The notes below the pieces were generated by a model. It searched no databases, was not told the DNA's origin, and saw nothing but the letters and a program-made list of their open reading frames with translations. A stretch of DNA of 64,000 nt from the NCBI RefSeq assembly GCF_003018255.1, contig NZ_CP027440.1, one strand, 5' to 3'. Positions 37,127 to 49,047 of this stretch are shown one piece after another. Every line of letters starts with the position of its first letter. Positions within the stretch are counted from its first letter, which is position 1. Both the position numbers and the translations under genes were made by a program. Source of the stretch: Escherichia coli (GTDB taxonomy: Bacteria > Pseudomonadota > Gammaproteobacteria > Enterobacterales > Enterobacteriaceae).

Positions 37127-38884
37127 TTACCTTTCCAGTCGCCTTGCTCCGCGCTCAGAGAGACGTTCGCGTACTGCTGACCGTTGCTCGTTATTCAGCC
37201 TGACAGTATGGTCACTGTCGTTTAGACGTTGCGCGCGGCTCTCCTGAACTTTCTCCCGAAAAACCTGACGTTGCTCAGGTGATGCTGATTGAACACGCTG
37301 GCGGGCGTTATCACGTTGCTGTTGATTCAGTGGGCGCTGCTGTACTTTTTCCTTAAACACCTGGCGCTGTTCGGGAGTTGCAGACTGAATGCGCTCACGC
37401 GCTGCCTCTCTTCGCTGCTGGATCTGCGGGTTAGTCTGCATTTTCTCGCGGACTGCCTGGCGCTGCTCAGGAGAGGCCGACTGATAACGCTGACGAGCGG
37501 CGTCCTTTTGTTGCTGGGTCAGTGGTTGGCGACGGCTGAAGTCGCGGAAGTCGTCATAGCTCCCATAGTTTTCAGCTTCATTAAACCGCTGTGCCGCTGC
37601 CTGACGTTGGGTATCTCGTGTAATGACTGGTGCGCTGTGTGTTCGTTGCTGAAACTGACTTGCTGCCGCCTGACGCTGGCTGTCGCGTGTTGGAGCAGGT
37701 AGCTGCGTGGCGCTCATTCCGCCGTTGACATCGGTTTGATGAAACCGCTTTGCCATATCCTGATCATGATAGGGCACACCATTACGGTAGTTTGGATTGT
37801 GCCGCCATGCCATATTCTTATCAGTAAGATGTTCACCGGTGATACGGTTGAAATTGTTGACGTCGATATTGATGTTGTCGCCATTGTGTTGCCAGCCATT
37901 ACCATCACGATGACCGCCATCGTGATGGTGATAATCATCATCGTCATGATGATGATGGTCATGATCGTCGTCATCCCAGTCGATGCTGCTGAATAGCGCG
38001 TACGTGGTAGCAACGCCCATGCTATAGCCGAATCCGCGCACAAAGCTGTCAACAAACGGTTCTCCGGCTGGCGGCGGCAGATAAACCGGCGGATACGCAG
38101 TATTGGCCCAGTTCCCGTAAACCACGGTTGGGTTGTAGTTGGGAATATAGACCACATCAGGATTGGTGGGTTCAATGGAAATGACGGTTGTTGCAGGCTC
38201 TGTAATGACAGGGTTGGCAGTTGAAACGGTATTGGATGGTATGACGGGAGCCGTGACTGTCTGTTTTACCGGTACAGCTTTCTTCGTTGTGGTAATAACT
38301 TTCTGTTCAGTTGATGACTTCAGCGAGCCGGTTTGTTGCGCCAGTTGCCGCAATCGCTGTACCGAGTCCATCACCTCCTGCGGCTGCGCCAGAAAAGCAT
38401 CGCCCAGGTTTTGCACCCATTGCGGGTTTTCGCCCATCAATGCCATCAACTGTGGAAAGGCCACCAGTGATTTGACGCTGGCGTCCCAGGGCTGGTCAGA
38501 TACCGCCTGAATAGCAGCATCGCCTTGTTTAAGTGGATTATCGTGCGACCATTGCACTGCTTGAGCAACGTTTGCCGGATAGGTTGATGCCATTAACACT
38601 TGTGAAAGCAGAGAGTCGGGGTATAGCGCGACAGGTGCAACCCATTGATCTATTTGCGCAGTGCTGAATGCGGATTTGACGACGGCAGGTGTTACAGGAG
38701 GCACGGAAACCGTTGCAGGAAGCGTAACTGCGGAGATGTCAGGCGCAGCCAGTTGTGTCGATTGCGGTTCCACAGGCGCTTCCACTGTGCGGCTTTTTAT
38801 ATATAGCCCGGTAGAGGCGGCACAAAGCCCGGCACTGCAAATTAGCGCCAGCACATGGGGTTTAAACGGCAAAGTCATTTTCAT
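37127..38884 (-). CDS. yacH: YacH (DUF3300-type exported protein with His/Asp-rich and Gln/Arg-rich repeat regions)
   Basis: 585 aa, signal peptide MKMTLPFKPHVLALICSAGLCAAS; DDDDHDHHHHDDDDYHHHDGGH tract; three QSASPEQRQVF.EKVQ repeats; synteny between lpd and acnB. Confidence 0.85.
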   Translation of the reverse strand: MKMTLPFKPHVLALICSAGLCAASTGLYIKSRTVEAPVEPQSTQLAAPDISAVTLPATVSVPPVTPAVVKSAFSTAQIDQWVAPVALYPDSLLSQVLMASTYPANVAQAVQWSHDNPLKQGDAAIQAVSDQPWDASVKSLVAFPQLMALMGENPQWVQNLGDAFLAQPQEVMDSVQRLRQLAQQTGSLKSSTEQKVITTTKKAVPVKQTVTAPVIPSNTVSTANPVITEPATTVISIEPTNPDVVYIPNYNPTVVYGNWANTAYPPVYLPPPAGEPFVDSFVRGFGYSMGVATTYALFSSIDWDDDDHDHHHHDDDDYHHHDGGHRDGNGWQHNGDNINIDVNNFNRITGEHLTDKNMAWRHNPNYRNGVPYHDQDMAKRFHQTDVNGGMSATQLPAPTRDSQRQAAASQFQQRTHSAPVITRDTQRQAAAQRFNEAENYGSYDDFRDFSRRQPLTQQQKDAARQRYQSASPEQRQAVREKMQTNPQIQQRREAARERIQSATPEQRQVFKEKVQQRPLNQQQRDNARQRVQSASPEQRQVFREKVQESRAQRLNDSDHTVRLNNEQRSAVRERLSERGARRLER

Positions 38885-39238
38885 AATTCGGATCTCAAGG
38901 AAATCGCAATGGTCGGCGAACTGCCACCCGCAGGTGCTGTGAATCCGAGTATAAAGAGGCGGTAGTTTAAATTTTGACTAATCTTGGGATTCGTTGAGAA
39001 AGGTGATTATCACCATGCGAATTAACGAAGTTTTTACGGAGGGAAACAATCTCTAGACCATCCTTAACGATTCAGCCACTTTTTTATGTTGCTTTTTTGT
39101 AAACAGATTAACACATCGTCAAAATCCTGCTATTCTGCCCGTTGCGGTACTGGGCATTTACCCTACAAACTGCTGTCTCACAGGAGCGTGAAGAGAATCG
39201 CCTGCCGCACTATGACAATGAGAGCGAGGAGAACCGTC

Positions 39239-41836
39239 GTGCTAGAAGAATACCGTAAGCACGTAGCTGAGCGTGCCGCTGAGGGGATTGCGCCCAAACC
39301 CCTGGATGCAAACCAAATGGCCGCGCTTGTAGAGCTGCTGAAAAACCCGCCCGCGGGCGAAGAAGAATTCCTGTTAGATCTGTTAACCAACCGTGTTCCC
39401 CCAGGCGTCGATGAAGCCGCCTATGTAAAAGCAGGCTTCCTGGCTGCTATCGCTAAAGGCGAAGCCAAATCCCCTCTGCTGACTCCGGAAAAAGCCATCG
39501 AACTGCTGGGCACCATGCAGGGTGGTTACAACATTCATCCGCTGATCGACGCGCTGGATGATGCCAAACTGGCACCGATCGCTGCCAAAGCACTTTCTCA
39601 CACGCTGCTGATGTTCGATAACTTCTATGACGTAGAAGAGAAAGCGAAAGCAGGCAACGAATATGCGAAGCAGGTAATGCAGTCCTGGGCGGATGCCGAA
39701 TGGTTCCTGAATCGCCCGGCGCTGGCTGAAAAACTGACCGTTACCGTCTTCAAAGTCACAGGCGAAACCAACACCGATGACCTCTCTCCGGCACCGGATG
39801 CGTGGTCACGCCCGGATATCCCACTGCACGCGCTGGCGATGCTGAAAAACGCCCGTGAAGGTATTGAGCCAGATCAGCCAGGCGTTGTTGGTCCGATTAA
39901 GCAAATCGAAGCTCTGCAACAGAAAGGTTTCCCACTGGCGTACGTCGGTGACGTTGTGGGTACGGGGTCATCGCGTAAATCCGCCACTAACTCCGTTCTG
40001 TGGTTTATGGGCGATGATATTCCACATGTGCCGAACAAACGCGGCGGTGGTTTGTGCCTCGGCGGTAAAATTGCACCCATCTTCTTTAACACGATGGAAG
40101 ACGCGGGTGCGCTGCCAATCGAAGTCGACGTCTCTAACCTGAACATGGGCGACGTAATTGACGTTTACCCGTACAAAGGTGAAGTGCGTAACCACGAAAC
40201 CGGCGAACTGCTGGCGACCTTCGAACTGAAAACCGACGTGCTGATTGATGAAGTGCGTGCTGGCGGCCGTATTCCGCTGATTATTGGGCGTGGCCTGACC
40301 ACCAAAGCGCGTGAAGCACTTGGCCTGCCGCACAGCGATGTGTTCCGTCAGGCGAAAGATGTCGCTGAGAGCGATCGCGGCTTCTCGCTGGCGCAGAAAA
40401 TGGTAGGCCGTGCCTGTGGCGTGAAAGGCATTCGTCCGGGCGCGTACTGTGAACCGAAAATGACTTCTGTAGGTTCCCAGGACACCACCGGCCCGATGAC
40501 CCGTGATGAACTGAAAGACCTGGCGTGCCTGGGCTTCTCGGCTGACCTGGTGATGCAGTCTTTCTGCCACACCGCGGCGTATCCGAAACCAGTTGACGTT
40601 AACACGCACCACACGCTGCCGGACTTCATTATGAACCGTGGCGGTGTGTCGCTGCGTCCGGGTGACGGCGTAATCCACTCCTGGCTGAACCGTATGCTGC
40701 TGCCGGATACTGTCGGTACCGGTGGTGACTCCCATACCCGTTTCCCGATCGGTATCTCTTTCCCGGCGGGTTCTGGTCTGGTGGCATTTGCAGCCGCAAC
40801 AGGCGTAATGCCGCTGGATATGCCAGAATCCGTTCTGGTGCGCTTCAAAGGCAAAATGCAGCCGGGTATCACCCTGCGCGATCTGGTACACGCGATCCCG
40901 CTGTATGCAATCAAACAAGGTCTGCTGACCGTTGAGAAGAAAGGTAAGAAAAACATCTTCTCTGGCCGCATTCTGGAAATTGAAGGTCTGCCGGATCTGA
41001 AAGTTGAGCAGGCATTTGAGCTGACCGATGCGTCTGCCGAGCGTTCTGCTGCCGGTTGTACCATCAAGCTGAACAAAGAACCGATCATTGAATACCTGAA
41101 CTCTAACATCGTCCTGTTGAAGTGGATGATCGCGGAAGGTTACGGCGATCGTCGTACCCTGGAGCGTCGTATTCAGGGCATGGAAAAATGGCTGGCGAAT
41201 CCTGAGCTGCTGGAAGCCGATGCAGATGCGGAATACGCGGCAGTGATCGACATCGATCTGGCGGATATCAAAGAGCCAATCCTCTGTGCACCGAATGACC
41301 CGGACGACGCACGTCCGCTGTCTGCGGTACAGGGCGAGAAGATCGACGAAGTATTTATCGGTTCTTGCATGACTAACATCGGTCACTTCCGTGCTGCTGG
41401 TAAACTGCTGGATGCGCACAAAGGTCAGTTGCCGACCCGCCTGTGGGTGGCACCGCCAACGCGTATGGACGCTGCGCAGCTGACCGAAGAAGGCTACTAC
41501 AGCGTCTTCGGTAAGAGTGGTGCTCGTATCGAGATCCCTGGCTGTTCCCTGTGTATGGGTAACCAGGCGCGTGTAGCAGACGGTGCGACGGTGGTTTCCA
41601 CCTCTACCCGTAACTTCCCGAACCGTTTGGGTACTGGCGCGAATGTCTTCCTGGCTTCTGCGGAACTGGCTGCTGTTGCGGCGCTGATTGGCAAACTGCC
41701 GACGCCGGAAGAGTACCAGACCTACGTGGCGCAGGTAGATAAAACAGCCGTTGATACTTACCGTTATCTGAACTTCGACCAGCTTTCTCAGTACACCGAA
41801 AAAGCGGACGGGGTGATTTTCCAGACTGCGGTTTAA
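39239..41836 (+). CDS. acnB: Aconitate hydratase B / 2-methylisocitrate dehydratase AcnB, GTG start
   Basis: 865 codons from GTG 39239 ([34 protein letters not shown]); ORF track start 39086 is an upstream extension. Confidence 0.96.
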   Translation: MLEEYRKHVAERAAEGIAPKPLDANQMAALVELLKNPPAGEEEFLLDLLTNRVPPGVDEAAYVKAGFLAAIAKGEAKSPLLTPEKAIELLGTMQGGYNIHPLIDALDDAKLAPIAAKALSHTLLMFDNFYDVEEKAKAGNEYAKQVMQSWADAEWFLNRPALAEKLTVTVFKVTGETNTDDLSPAPDAWSRPDIPLHALAMLKNAREGIEPDQPGVVGPIKQIEALQQKGFPLAYVGDVVGTGSSRKSATNSVLWFMGDDIPHVPNKRGGGLCLGGKIAPIFFNTMEDAGALPIEVDVSNLNMGDVIDVYPYKGEVRNHETGELLATFELKTDVLIDEVRAGGRIPLIIGRGLTTKAREALGLPHSDVFRQAKDVAESDRGFSLAQKMVGRACGVKGIRPGAYCEPKMTSVGSQDTTGPMTRDELKDLACLGFSADLVMQSFCHTAAYPKPVDVNTHHTLPDFIMNRGGVSLRPGDGVIHSWLNRMLLPDTVGTGGDSHTRFPIGISFPAGSGLVAFAAATGVMPLDMPESVLVRFKGKMQPGITLRDLVHAIPLYAIKQGLLTVEKKGKKNIFSGRILEIEGLPDLKVEQAFELTDASAERSAAGCTIKLNKEPIIEYLNSNIVLLKWMIAEGYGDRRTLERRIQGMEKWLANPELLEADADAEYAAVIDIDLADIKEPILCAPNDPDDARPLSAVQGEKIDEVFIGSCMTNIGHFRAAGKLLDAHKGQLPTRLWVAPPTRMDAAQLTEEGYYSVFGKSGARIEIPGCSLCMGNQARVADGATVVSTSTRNFPNRLGTGANVFLASAELAAVAALIGKLPTPEEYQTYVAQVDKTAVDTYRYLNFDQLSQYTEKADGVIFQTAV

Positions 41837-41870
41837 TAAGTAAGCGCACGCGCTGCGCATAAACGACACA

Positions 41871-41905
41871 ATGCCCGGTGAATGAGATTCCCGGGCATTT
41901 TTTAT
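41871..41905 (+). terminator. Rho-independent terminator after acnB
   Basis: ATGCCCGG-tgaatgagatt-CCCGGGCAT followed by TTTTTTATTT. Confidence 0.75.
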
Positions 41906-42010
41906 TTCTAAACCATCGCCGTTCCGCTGTTTTTCTCCGGTAAGGCTGCGATAATTACATCAATGGCGCAATGCGATTTCGGCGCATTGCCAGGAGCAGA
42001 GGAACACACT

Positions 42011-42373
42011 ATGGATTACGAATTTCTGCGCGATATTACCGGAGTGGTAAAGGTGCGCATGTCCATGGGGCATGAAGTGGTCGGGCACTGGTTTAATGAA
42101 GAGGTGAAAGAAAACCTGGCCTTGCTTGATGAAGTAGAACAAGCGGCGCACGCATTGAAAGGTAGCGAACGTTCCTGGCAACGGGCAGGGCATGAATACA
42201 CGCTATGGATGGATGGTGAAGAGGTGATGGTTCGCGCCAATCAACTGGAATTCGCTGGCGATGAAATGGAAGAGGGGATGAACTACTACGATGAAGAGAG
42301 CTTGTCGCTGTGCGGCGTTGAGGATTTTCTTCAGGTGGTGGCGGCTTACCGTAATTTCGTGCAGCAGAAGTAA
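42011..42373 (+). CDS. yacL: UPF0231 family protein YacL
   Basis: Start taken at [23 protein letters not shown] (120 aa). Confidence 0.88.
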
Positions 42374-42410
42374 GTAAATCAGGCGGAGCCTCCGTGCTCC
42401 GCCTGAGACG

Positions 42411-43205
42411 TTAAACAGCGGGCATATTGCGCCCGTAATAAATCTCGCGCATTTCTTTCCACAGCGCAGTGGTAATTTCCTGGCGCTCGCTGTCGGTTAA
42501 ATCTTCCGGTTTGGTGTGGAACATGTAGTGCTTAAGGTCGAACTCTTTAAGCAACATCTTGGTATGGAAGATATTTTCCTGATAGACGTTTACATCCACC
42601 ATGTCATACAGCGCCTTCATATCGTCAGACATAAAGTTCTGAATCGAATTAATCTCATGGTCGATAAAGTGCTTCATACCGTTAATGTCGCGGGTAAAAC
42701 CGCGCACGCGATAATCAATAGTCACAATATCGGACTCAAGCTGGTGGATCAGGTAATTCAGCGCCTTCAGCGGAGAAATCACGCCGCAGGTAGAGACTTC
42801 AATATCGGCGCGGAAGGTACATAAACCGCCTTCAGGATGACTTTCCGGGTAGGTATGTACGCAAATATGACTTTTATCGAGATGGGCAACGACCGTTTCT
42901 GGCAGTGGGCCGGGGTGTTCTGTTTTGTCGATAAGTTTCGGGTCGACCGGTTCTTCACTCACCAGAATAGTGACGCTGGCACCTTGTGGCTCGTAATCCT
43001 GGCGGGCGATGTTAAGAATATTGGCCCCGATAATGGAACAGGTTTCTGACAGGATTTCGGTCAGACGGTTGGCATTATAGAGTTCATCGATATAAGCAAT
43101 ATAACCGTCGCGCTCTTCGGTAGTTTTGGCGTAGCAGATATCGTAAATACAAAAACTCAGACTTTTGGTCAGATTATTAAAGCCATGCAGTTTCAGTTTT
43201 TTCAA
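42411..43205 (-). CDS. speD: S-adenosylmethionine decarboxylase proenzyme SpeD
   Basis: 264 aa, [28 protein letters not shown]. Confidence 0.96.
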   Translation of the reverse strand: MKKLKLHGFNNLTKSLSFCIYDICYAKTTEERDGYIAYIDELYNANRLTEILSETCSIIGANILNIARQDYEPQGASVTILVSEEPVDPKLIDKTEHPGPLPETVVAHLDKSHICVHTYPESHPEGGLCTFRADIEVSTCGVISPLKALNYLIHQLESDIVTIDYRVRGFTRDINGMKHFIDHEINSIQNFMSDDMKALYDMVDVNVYQENIFHTKMLLKEFDLKHYMFHTKPEDLTDSERQEITTALWKEMREIYYGRNMPAV

Positions 43206-43220
43206 TTTCTTATCTTCTCC

Positions 43221-44087
43221 TTAGGACGGCTGTGAAGCCAGTGCATCTTGCAGATACTGGGGTAAGGCAAAAGCTGCCGTATGGACTGCCGGATTGTAAT
43301 AACGGCATTTCAGGCCAGAAGCGAGAAAACGCGCCTGAATAATTTCGGTTGAGAGATGGCGTAAGGCGTCGTTATCTGTCGCCCATGCAAAGGTCATGAT
43401 GCCGCCGTAATAGGTCGGGATCGCCGCCTGATAAAAGCCAACATCGCTGAAGTAATGGCTGAGTTTGCGATGGCTGTCGATGGCCTCTTCCTGCTGTAAA
43501 AAGCAGACGCCGTTTTGTGCGACGAAGATACCGCCAGGATTCAGGCAACGTTTGCAGCCTTCATAAAATGCTGAGGTGAACAGACTTTCGCCGGGACCGA
43601 TAGGATCGGTGCAGTCGGAAATAATGACATCAAAGGTCTGGCTGGTTTGATTAACGAAATTGACGCCATCGTCGATCACCAGTTTAAAGCGCGGATCGTC
43701 GTAGCTACCGGCGTTATGGTTGGGTAGATACTGACGGCAGAACGACACGACACCCGCATCGATTTCCACCATCGTGATTGACTCAACGTTTTTATGTCGG
43801 GTTACTTCACGCAGCATGGCACCGTCGCCGCCGCCGATAATCAGCACATGTTTCGCGTGACCGTGGGCCAGTAGCGGAACATGGGTCATCATCTCATGAT
43901 AGATAAACTCGTCGCGCTCGGTGGTTTGTACTACGCCATCCAGCGCCATTACGCGACCAAATGCGGCGTTCTCAAAAATGATCAGATCCTGGTGATCGGT
44001 CTTTTCATGATACAGAACGTTATCTACCGCAAAGTACTGCCCAAACTGGTCGTGTAGCGTTTCATGCCACTGTTTTTTTTCGGCCAT
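43221..44087 (-). CDS. speE: Spermidine synthase SpeE
   Basis: 288 aa, [24 protein letters not shown] motif. Confidence 0.96.
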   Translation of the reverse strand: MAEKKQWHETLHDQFGQYFAVDNVLYHEKTDHQDLIIFENAAFGRVMALDGVVQTTERDEFIYHEMMTHVPLLAHGHAKHVLIIGGGDGAMLREVTRHKNVESITMVEIDAGVVSFCRQYLPNHNAGSYDDPRFKLVIDDGVNFVNQTSQTFDVIISDCTDPIGPGESLFTSAFYEGCKRCLNPGGIFVAQNGVCFLQQEEAIDSHRKLSHYFSDVGFYQAAIPTYYGGIMTFAWATDNDALRHLSTEIIQARFLASGLKCRYYNPAVHTAAFALPQYLQDALASQPS

Positions 44088-44192
44088 GGGTTGATACCTC
44101 CTTTGTTAACACCCGTAAAAAAAGGGCGCAACATAATAGCTAACATTGACCGCGGATGCACGGTCAATATTTCTACAAAAAGGTATCAGGGA

Positions 44193-44540
44193 TTATTTGA
44201 CGTAGGCAAGCAGGCTTAAGGAGTCGCGAGCCAGGGCTTTGCACTTTTTAGCGACGGGAATGCCAATGCCGCTGAGATCGCGGTAGCTGTCTTCACCGAG
44301 GGCTTTCATGTCGAAGGTGTCGTAATTACTGAGATCCCACTGGTTTTGCTGGGCAAAAAAGACCAGTGCGCGACGAATTTGCCCGTTAGGTAAGTTCTGG
44401 TAACCACAATCGTTCTTCAGAAAAACAAAAACTGCCGTTAAATCGGCCATATCTTCGGCTTCAGACTCGCTGAGCGCGTAACTGTTTGCGCAGACGGCCA
44501 TCAGGCTGCCGAATAACACTGTTCTGAAAAACGTCTTCAT
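44193..44540 (-). CDS. yacC: YacC, PulS/OutS-like periplasmic protein
   Basis: Start taken at MKTFFRTVLFGSLMAVCANSYA (signal peptide; 115 aa); ORF track extends to 44711. Confidence 0.85.
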   Translation of the reverse strand: MKTFFRTVLFGSLMAVCANSYALSESEAEDMADLTAVFVFLKNDCGYQNLPNGQIRRALVFFAQQNQWDLSNYDTFDMKALGEDSYRDLSGIGIPVAKKCKALARDSLSLLAYVK

Positions 44541-44629
44541 TGCTTCTACCAGGGGCTTAAAGAAGATAAACGTTAGCACACTGCGAGCGAGGCGACGACC
44601 ATTATTGTCGATTAAATTGTGTCTGCGGC

Positions 44630-44660
44630 TTGACCTTCCCGTAAGGGGAAGGACTATGCT
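44630..44660 (+). promoter_or_regulatory. cueO promoter with CueR (MerR-family) operator
   Basis: TTGACC (-35) then inverted repeat CCTTCCC-gtaa-GGGGAAGG then TATGCT (-10) with 19-bp spacer, ~45 nt upstream of cueO start. Confidence 0.8.
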
Positions 44661-44705
44661 CAACGTTTGATTTTGTTTCGCCTGCTTAAGAATAAGGAAA
44701 TAACT

Positions 44706-46256
44706 ATGCAACGTCGTGATTTCTTAAAATATTCCGTCGCGCTGGGCGTGGCTTCGGCTTTGCCGCTGTGGAGCCGCGCAGTATTTGCGGCGGAACGCCC
44801 AACGTTACCGATCCCTGATTTGCTCACGACCGATGCCCGTAATCGCATTCAGTTAACTATTGGCGCAGGCCAGTCCACCTTTGGCGAGAAAACCGCAACT
44901 ACCTGGGGCTATAACGGCAATCTGCTGGGGCCGGCGGTGAAATTACAGCGCGGCAAAGCGGTAACGGTTGATATCTATAACCAACTGACGGAAGAGACGA
45001 CGTTGCACTGGCACGGGCTGGAAGTACCGGGTGAAGTCGACGGCGGCCCGCAGGGAATTATTCCGCCAGGTGGCAAGCGCTCGGTGACGTTGAACGTTGA
45101 TCAACCTGCCGCTACCTGCTGGTTCCATCCACATCAACATGGCAAGACCGGGCGACAGGTGGCGATGGGGCTGGCTGGTCTGGTGGTGATTGAAGATGAC
45201 GAGATCCTGAAATTAATGCTGCCAAAACAGTGGGGTATCGATGATGTTCCGGTGATCGTTCAGGATAAGAAATTTAGCGCTGACGGGCAGATTGATTATC
45301 AACTGGATGTGATGACCGCCGCTGTGGGTTGGTTTGGCGATACGTTGCTGACCAACGGTGTAATCTACCCGCAACACGCTGCCCCGCGTGGCTGGCTGCG
45401 CCTGCGTTTGCTCAATGGCTGTAATGCCCGCTCGCTCAATTTCGCCACCAGCGACAATCGCCCGCTTTATGTGATTGCCAGCGACGGCGGTCTGCTACCT
45501 GAACCGGTGAAGGTGAACGAGCTGCCAGTGCTGATGGGCGAGCGTTTTGAAGTGCTGGTGGAGGTTAACGACAACAAACCCTTTGACCTGGTGACGCTGC
45601 CGGTCAGCCAGATGGGGATGGCGATTGCGCCGTTTGACAAGCCGCATCCGGTAATGCGGATTCAGCCGATTGCCATTAGTGCCTCTGGTGCTTTGCCAGA
45701 CACATTAAGTAGCCTGCCTGCGTTCCCTTCGCTGGAAGGGCTGACGGTACGCAAGCTGCAACTTTCTATGGACCCAATGCTCGATATGATGGGGATGCAG
45801 ATGCTGATGGAGAAATATGGCGATCAGGCGATGGCCGGGATGGATCACAGCCAGATGATGGGGCATATGGGGCATGGCAATATGAATCATATGAACCACG
45901 GCGGGAAGTTCGATTTCCACCATGCCAATAAAATCAACGGTCAGGCGTTTGATATGAACAAGCCGATGTTTGCGGCGGCGAAAGGGCAATACGAACGTTG
46001 GGTTATCTCTGGCGTGGGCGACATGATGCTGCATCCGTTCCATATCCACGGTACGCAGTTCCGTATCTTGTCAGAAAATGGCAAACCGCCAGCGACGCAT
46101 CGCGCAGGCTGGAAAGATACCGTTAAGGTAGAAGGTAATGTCAGCGAAGTGCTGGTGAAGTTTAATCACGATGCACCGAAAGAACATGCTTATATGGCGC
46201 ACTGCCATTTGCTGGAGCATGAAGATACGGGGATGATGTTAGGGTTTACGGTATAA
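44706..46256 (+). CDS. cueO: Multicopper oxidase CueO (Tat-exported)
   Basis: Start taken at [28 protein letters not shown] (twin-arginine signal), HWHG and HCHLLEHED copper sites, Met-rich insert. Confidence 0.96.
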   Translation: MQRRDFLKYSVALGVASALPLWSRAVFAAERPTLPIPDLLTTDARNRIQLTIGAGQSTFGEKTATTWGYNGNLLGPAVKLQRGKAVTVDIYNQLTEETTLHWHGLEVPGEVDGGPQGIIPPGGKRSVTLNVDQPAATCWFHPHQHGKTGRQVAMGLAGLVVIEDDEILKLMLPKQWGIDDVPVIVQDKKFSADGQIDYQLDVMTAAVGWFGDTLLTNGVIYPQHAAPRGWLRLRLLNGCNARSLNFATSDNRPLYVIASDGGLLPEPVKVNELPVLMGERFEVLVEVNDNKPFDLVTLPVSQMGMAIAPFDKPHPVMRIQPIAISASGALPDTLSSLPAFPSLEGLTVRKLQLSMDPMLDMMGMQMLMEKYGDQAMAGMDHSQMMGHMGHGNMNHMNHGGKFDFHHANKINGQAFDMNKPMFAAAKGQYERWVISGVGDMMLHPFHIHGTQFRILSENGKPPATHRAGWKDTVKVEGNVSEVLVKFNHDAPKEHAYMAHCHLLEHEDTGMMLGFTV

Positions 46257-46319
46257 AAAGACCGTATTCGGAAATATGCCCGGATCTCTCCGGGCATGAA
46301 ACTGATGACAAACGCAAAA

Positions 46320-46425
46320 CTGCCTGATGCGCTACGCTTATCAGGCCTACGCGCAATGTATTGAATTTGCAAATGTTTTGTAGGCCGGATAAGGCGTTCA
46401 CGCCGCATCCGGCATGAACAAATCG
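46320..46425. repeat. REP/BIME elements between cueO and gcd
   Basis: TGCCTGATGCGCTACGCTTATCAGGCCTAC and GTAGGCCGGATAAGGCGTTCACGCCGCATCCGGCA. Confidence 0.8.
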
Positions 46426-46451
46426 CACGTTGTCAGCAATCTGAGCAAGCC

Positions 46452-48842
46452 TTACTTCACATCATCCGGCAACGCATAAGCCACAATATAGTCGCCCATC
46501 TTCGTACCAAATGAACCGTGACCGCCTGCGGAGATCACCACATACTGCTTACCATTCACTTCATAGGTCATTGGCGTCGCCTGACCACCCGCTGGTAAAC
46601 GACCTTGCCACAGTTTTTCACCGTTGCTCATGTTATAAGCGCGCAGGTAGTTATCTGCCGTAGCGGCGATAAACAGCACGTTACCCGCCGTGGAGATTGG
46701 CCCGCCCAGCATCGGCATACCCATATTGAACGGCACAGGTACCGGCATCGGGAATGGCATACTGTCCTGCGGCGTACCAATACGTTTCTTCCACACCACT
46801 TCATTGGTTTTCAGATCCAGCGCCGAGATATAACCCCATGCTGGCTGTTTACACGGCAGACCAAACGGTGAGAGGAACGGATTGAGCGTGACGCCATACG
46901 GTACACCGTACTGCGGCTGAATGCCGGATTCCGTACCCGTGCCTTTGGCATCTTTCGGCTGCTCCATCGGGTTGCCAGGACCGCGTGGGATCAGTTTCGA
47001 AACAAACGGCAGTGCCATTGGGTTGGCAATTGCCACTTCACGATTCGGATCAACGGAAATCCCGCCCCATTCGAACATCCCCAGGTTACCCGGGAAGACC
47101 AGCGTACCCTGTTCAGATGGCGGCGTGAAAATGCCTTCATAGCGCATCTGGTGGAACATCACGCGGCACATCAACTGGTCAAACATGGTGGCTCCCCACA
47201 TATCCGCACCGCTCAAATCTTTCGTCGGACGGAAGCTCAGTTCCGAGAATGGTTGAGTAGGGGTTACGTAATCGCCTTTGGCAGCACCTTGGGGAACCGG
47301 TTTTTCCGGGGCAGGAACCACCAGTTCACCATTACGACGATCGAGCACAAAAATGTTGCCGGTTTTCGCTGGAGCATAAATGACCGGAACCTTTTGACCG
47401 TTAACGGTGATGTCCGCCAGCGTCGGCTGTGCCGGAAGATCCATATCCCACAGGTCGTGGTGAACGGTCTGGTAGCTCCACGCCAGTTTCCCGGTAGTGG
47501 CATTCAGCGCCAGAATCGAGCTGGCATAACGTTCCTGTTCCGGTGTGCGATTACCGCCCCAGATATCCGGCGTGGTCACGCCCATCGGCAGATACACCAG
47601 ATCCAGCTTCGCGTCATAGGCCGCTGGTGCCCACGAGTTTGGCGAGTTAAAGGTAAAGGTGTGTTCGTCAGACGGGATTGCGTTAGGATCTTTCGCACCA
47701 GGATCAAAAGCCCACAGCAGCTCCCCGGTGTTGACATCAAAACCACGGATCACGCCAGACGTTTCACGGGTTGAGAAGTTATCGGTGACTGAACCGGCCA
47801 TCACGATGGTTTTATCGGTGATAATCGGCGGCGAAGTCGGTTCATACAGACCCGGTTTGGTGTCCGGCATATTGCTTTGCAGATTGAGCACGCCTTTATT
47901 GGCGAAGGTTTCGCACAGCTTGCCGTTTTCAGCGTTAATTGCAATCAGACGACCATCATTGACCGGAAGAATGATACGACGCGGGCAATCCGCCATCACT
48001 TCCGGCGAAGCAGTTTCTGCTTTGGCTTCATGATAAGAGACGCCACGGCAGGTTACATGCTGGAAGGACTCGTTGGTTTTCAGCTCAGGATCGTAATGCC
48101 ATTTCTCTTTGCCGCTGGCGGCATCGAGCGCAAACAGGCGCTGGTGAGCGGTACACAGGTAAAGGGTGTCGCCCACTTTAATTGGCGTCACTTCATTGGT
48201 GATTTCACCTGGATCGTTCGGCTGCTTCACATCGCCAGTACGGAACACCCAGGCTTCTTTCAGCTTGTGGACGTTATCAGCGTTAATTTGTTTCAGAGGT
48301 GAAAAGCGTTGACCTTCCTGATTGCGACCATAGGCAGGCCAGTCCTGATCGGCAACGGGGGAGATGGCTTCTGCTGGCGTGGTATCGGCGCTTAAGGTGC
48401 CGCTGATTTCCTGCGGATCGTTAAATCCGGCCCAGGCCAGGATACCACCGCTAATCAGCAGTGCCACCACCAGTGCGGCAACTGCGCCGCTGGCAGGAAT
48501 GACCAGGCGACGCCAGACAAACGGCAGGATCAGCCAGATGCCGAAGAAGACCAGAATGTCGCTGCGCGGAGTCAGCGCCCAGAAGTCGAAACCAACTTCC
48601 CAGACGCCCCAAATCATAGTGCCGAGCAGCAGGGCTGCGTACAGCCAAAGCGCGGCGCGTTTACTGCGCCACAGCATCCAGGCGACGCCGAGCATCACAA
48701 GGCCAGCGATAGGGTAGTACCAGGAGCCGCCAATCGCGACCAGCCAGCCTCCGCCAATGAGTAGATACAGCCCGCAAAGCGCTGCAAAAAGGGCTGTTAG
48801 CGTGACGAGTAATCGCCGCGAGCCGGTATTGTTAATTGCCAT
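46452..48842 (-). CDS. gcd: PQQ-dependent membrane glucose dehydrogenase Gcd
   Basis: Start taken at MAINNTGSRRLLVTLTALFAAL (796 aa); N-terminal TM helices plus PQQ beta-propeller. Confidence 0.95.
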   Translation of the reverse strand: MAINNTGSRRLLVTLTALFAALCGLYLLIGGGWLVAIGGSWYYPIAGLVMLGVAWMLWRSKRAALWLYAALLLGTMIWGVWEVGFDFWALTPRSDILVFFGIWLILPFVWRRLVIPASGAVAALVVALLISGGILAWAGFNDPQEISGTLSADTTPAEAISPVADQDWPAYGRNQEGQRFSPLKQINADNVHKLKEAWVFRTGDVKQPNDPGEITNEVTPIKVGDTLYLCTAHQRLFALDAASGKEKWHYDPELKTNESFQHVTCRGVSYHEAKAETASPEVMADCPRRIILPVNDGRLIAINAENGKLCETFANKGVLNLQSNMPDTKPGLYEPTSPPIITDKTIVMAGSVTDNFSTRETSGVIRGFDVNTGELLWAFDPGAKDPNAIPSDEHTFTFNSPNSWAPAAYDAKLDLVYLPMGVTTPDIWGGNRTPEQERYASSILALNATTGKLAWSYQTVHHDLWDMDLPAQPTLADITVNGQKVPVIYAPAKTGNIFVLDRRNGELVVPAPEKPVPQGAAKGDYVTPTQPFSELSFRPTKDLSGADMWGATMFDQLMCRVMFHQMRYEGIFTPPSEQGTLVFPGNLGMFEWGGISVDPNREVAIANPMALPFVSKLIPRGPGNPMEQPKDAKGTGTESGIQPQYGVPYGVTLNPFLSPFGLPCKQPAWGYISALDLKTNEVVWKKRIGTPQDSMPFPMPVPVPFNMGMPMLGGPISTAGNVLFIAATADNYLRAYNMSNGEKLWQGRLPAGGQATPMTYEVNGKQYVVISAGGHGSFGTKMGDYIVAYALPDDVK

Positions 48843-49047
48843 AAAGAGACACCATTTCAATTCATTAATATTTTAGTAGCAATTAATTATAGGTTTTAAC
48901 ATGTGTGATCGTCATCACAATTCGAGCTTTATTAACAGATTCCGCGAATGAATAGTTTTACTGGTATACTGCGTGTCTTGCGCTTTGTTGCGGTGCTGAA
49001 ACCTGCCCGTGCGAAGTGATTTGTTTTTAAATCATATGGTTAGAGAT

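Noticed and set aside
37714-38175. ORFs antisense to yacH and in-frame plus-strand ORF 37736-37996 rich in Met/Ile/Val
   Set aside because: Mirror images of the Asp/His-rich codon repeats of yacH (GAT/CAT read on the opposite strand as ATC/ATG); no independent support.
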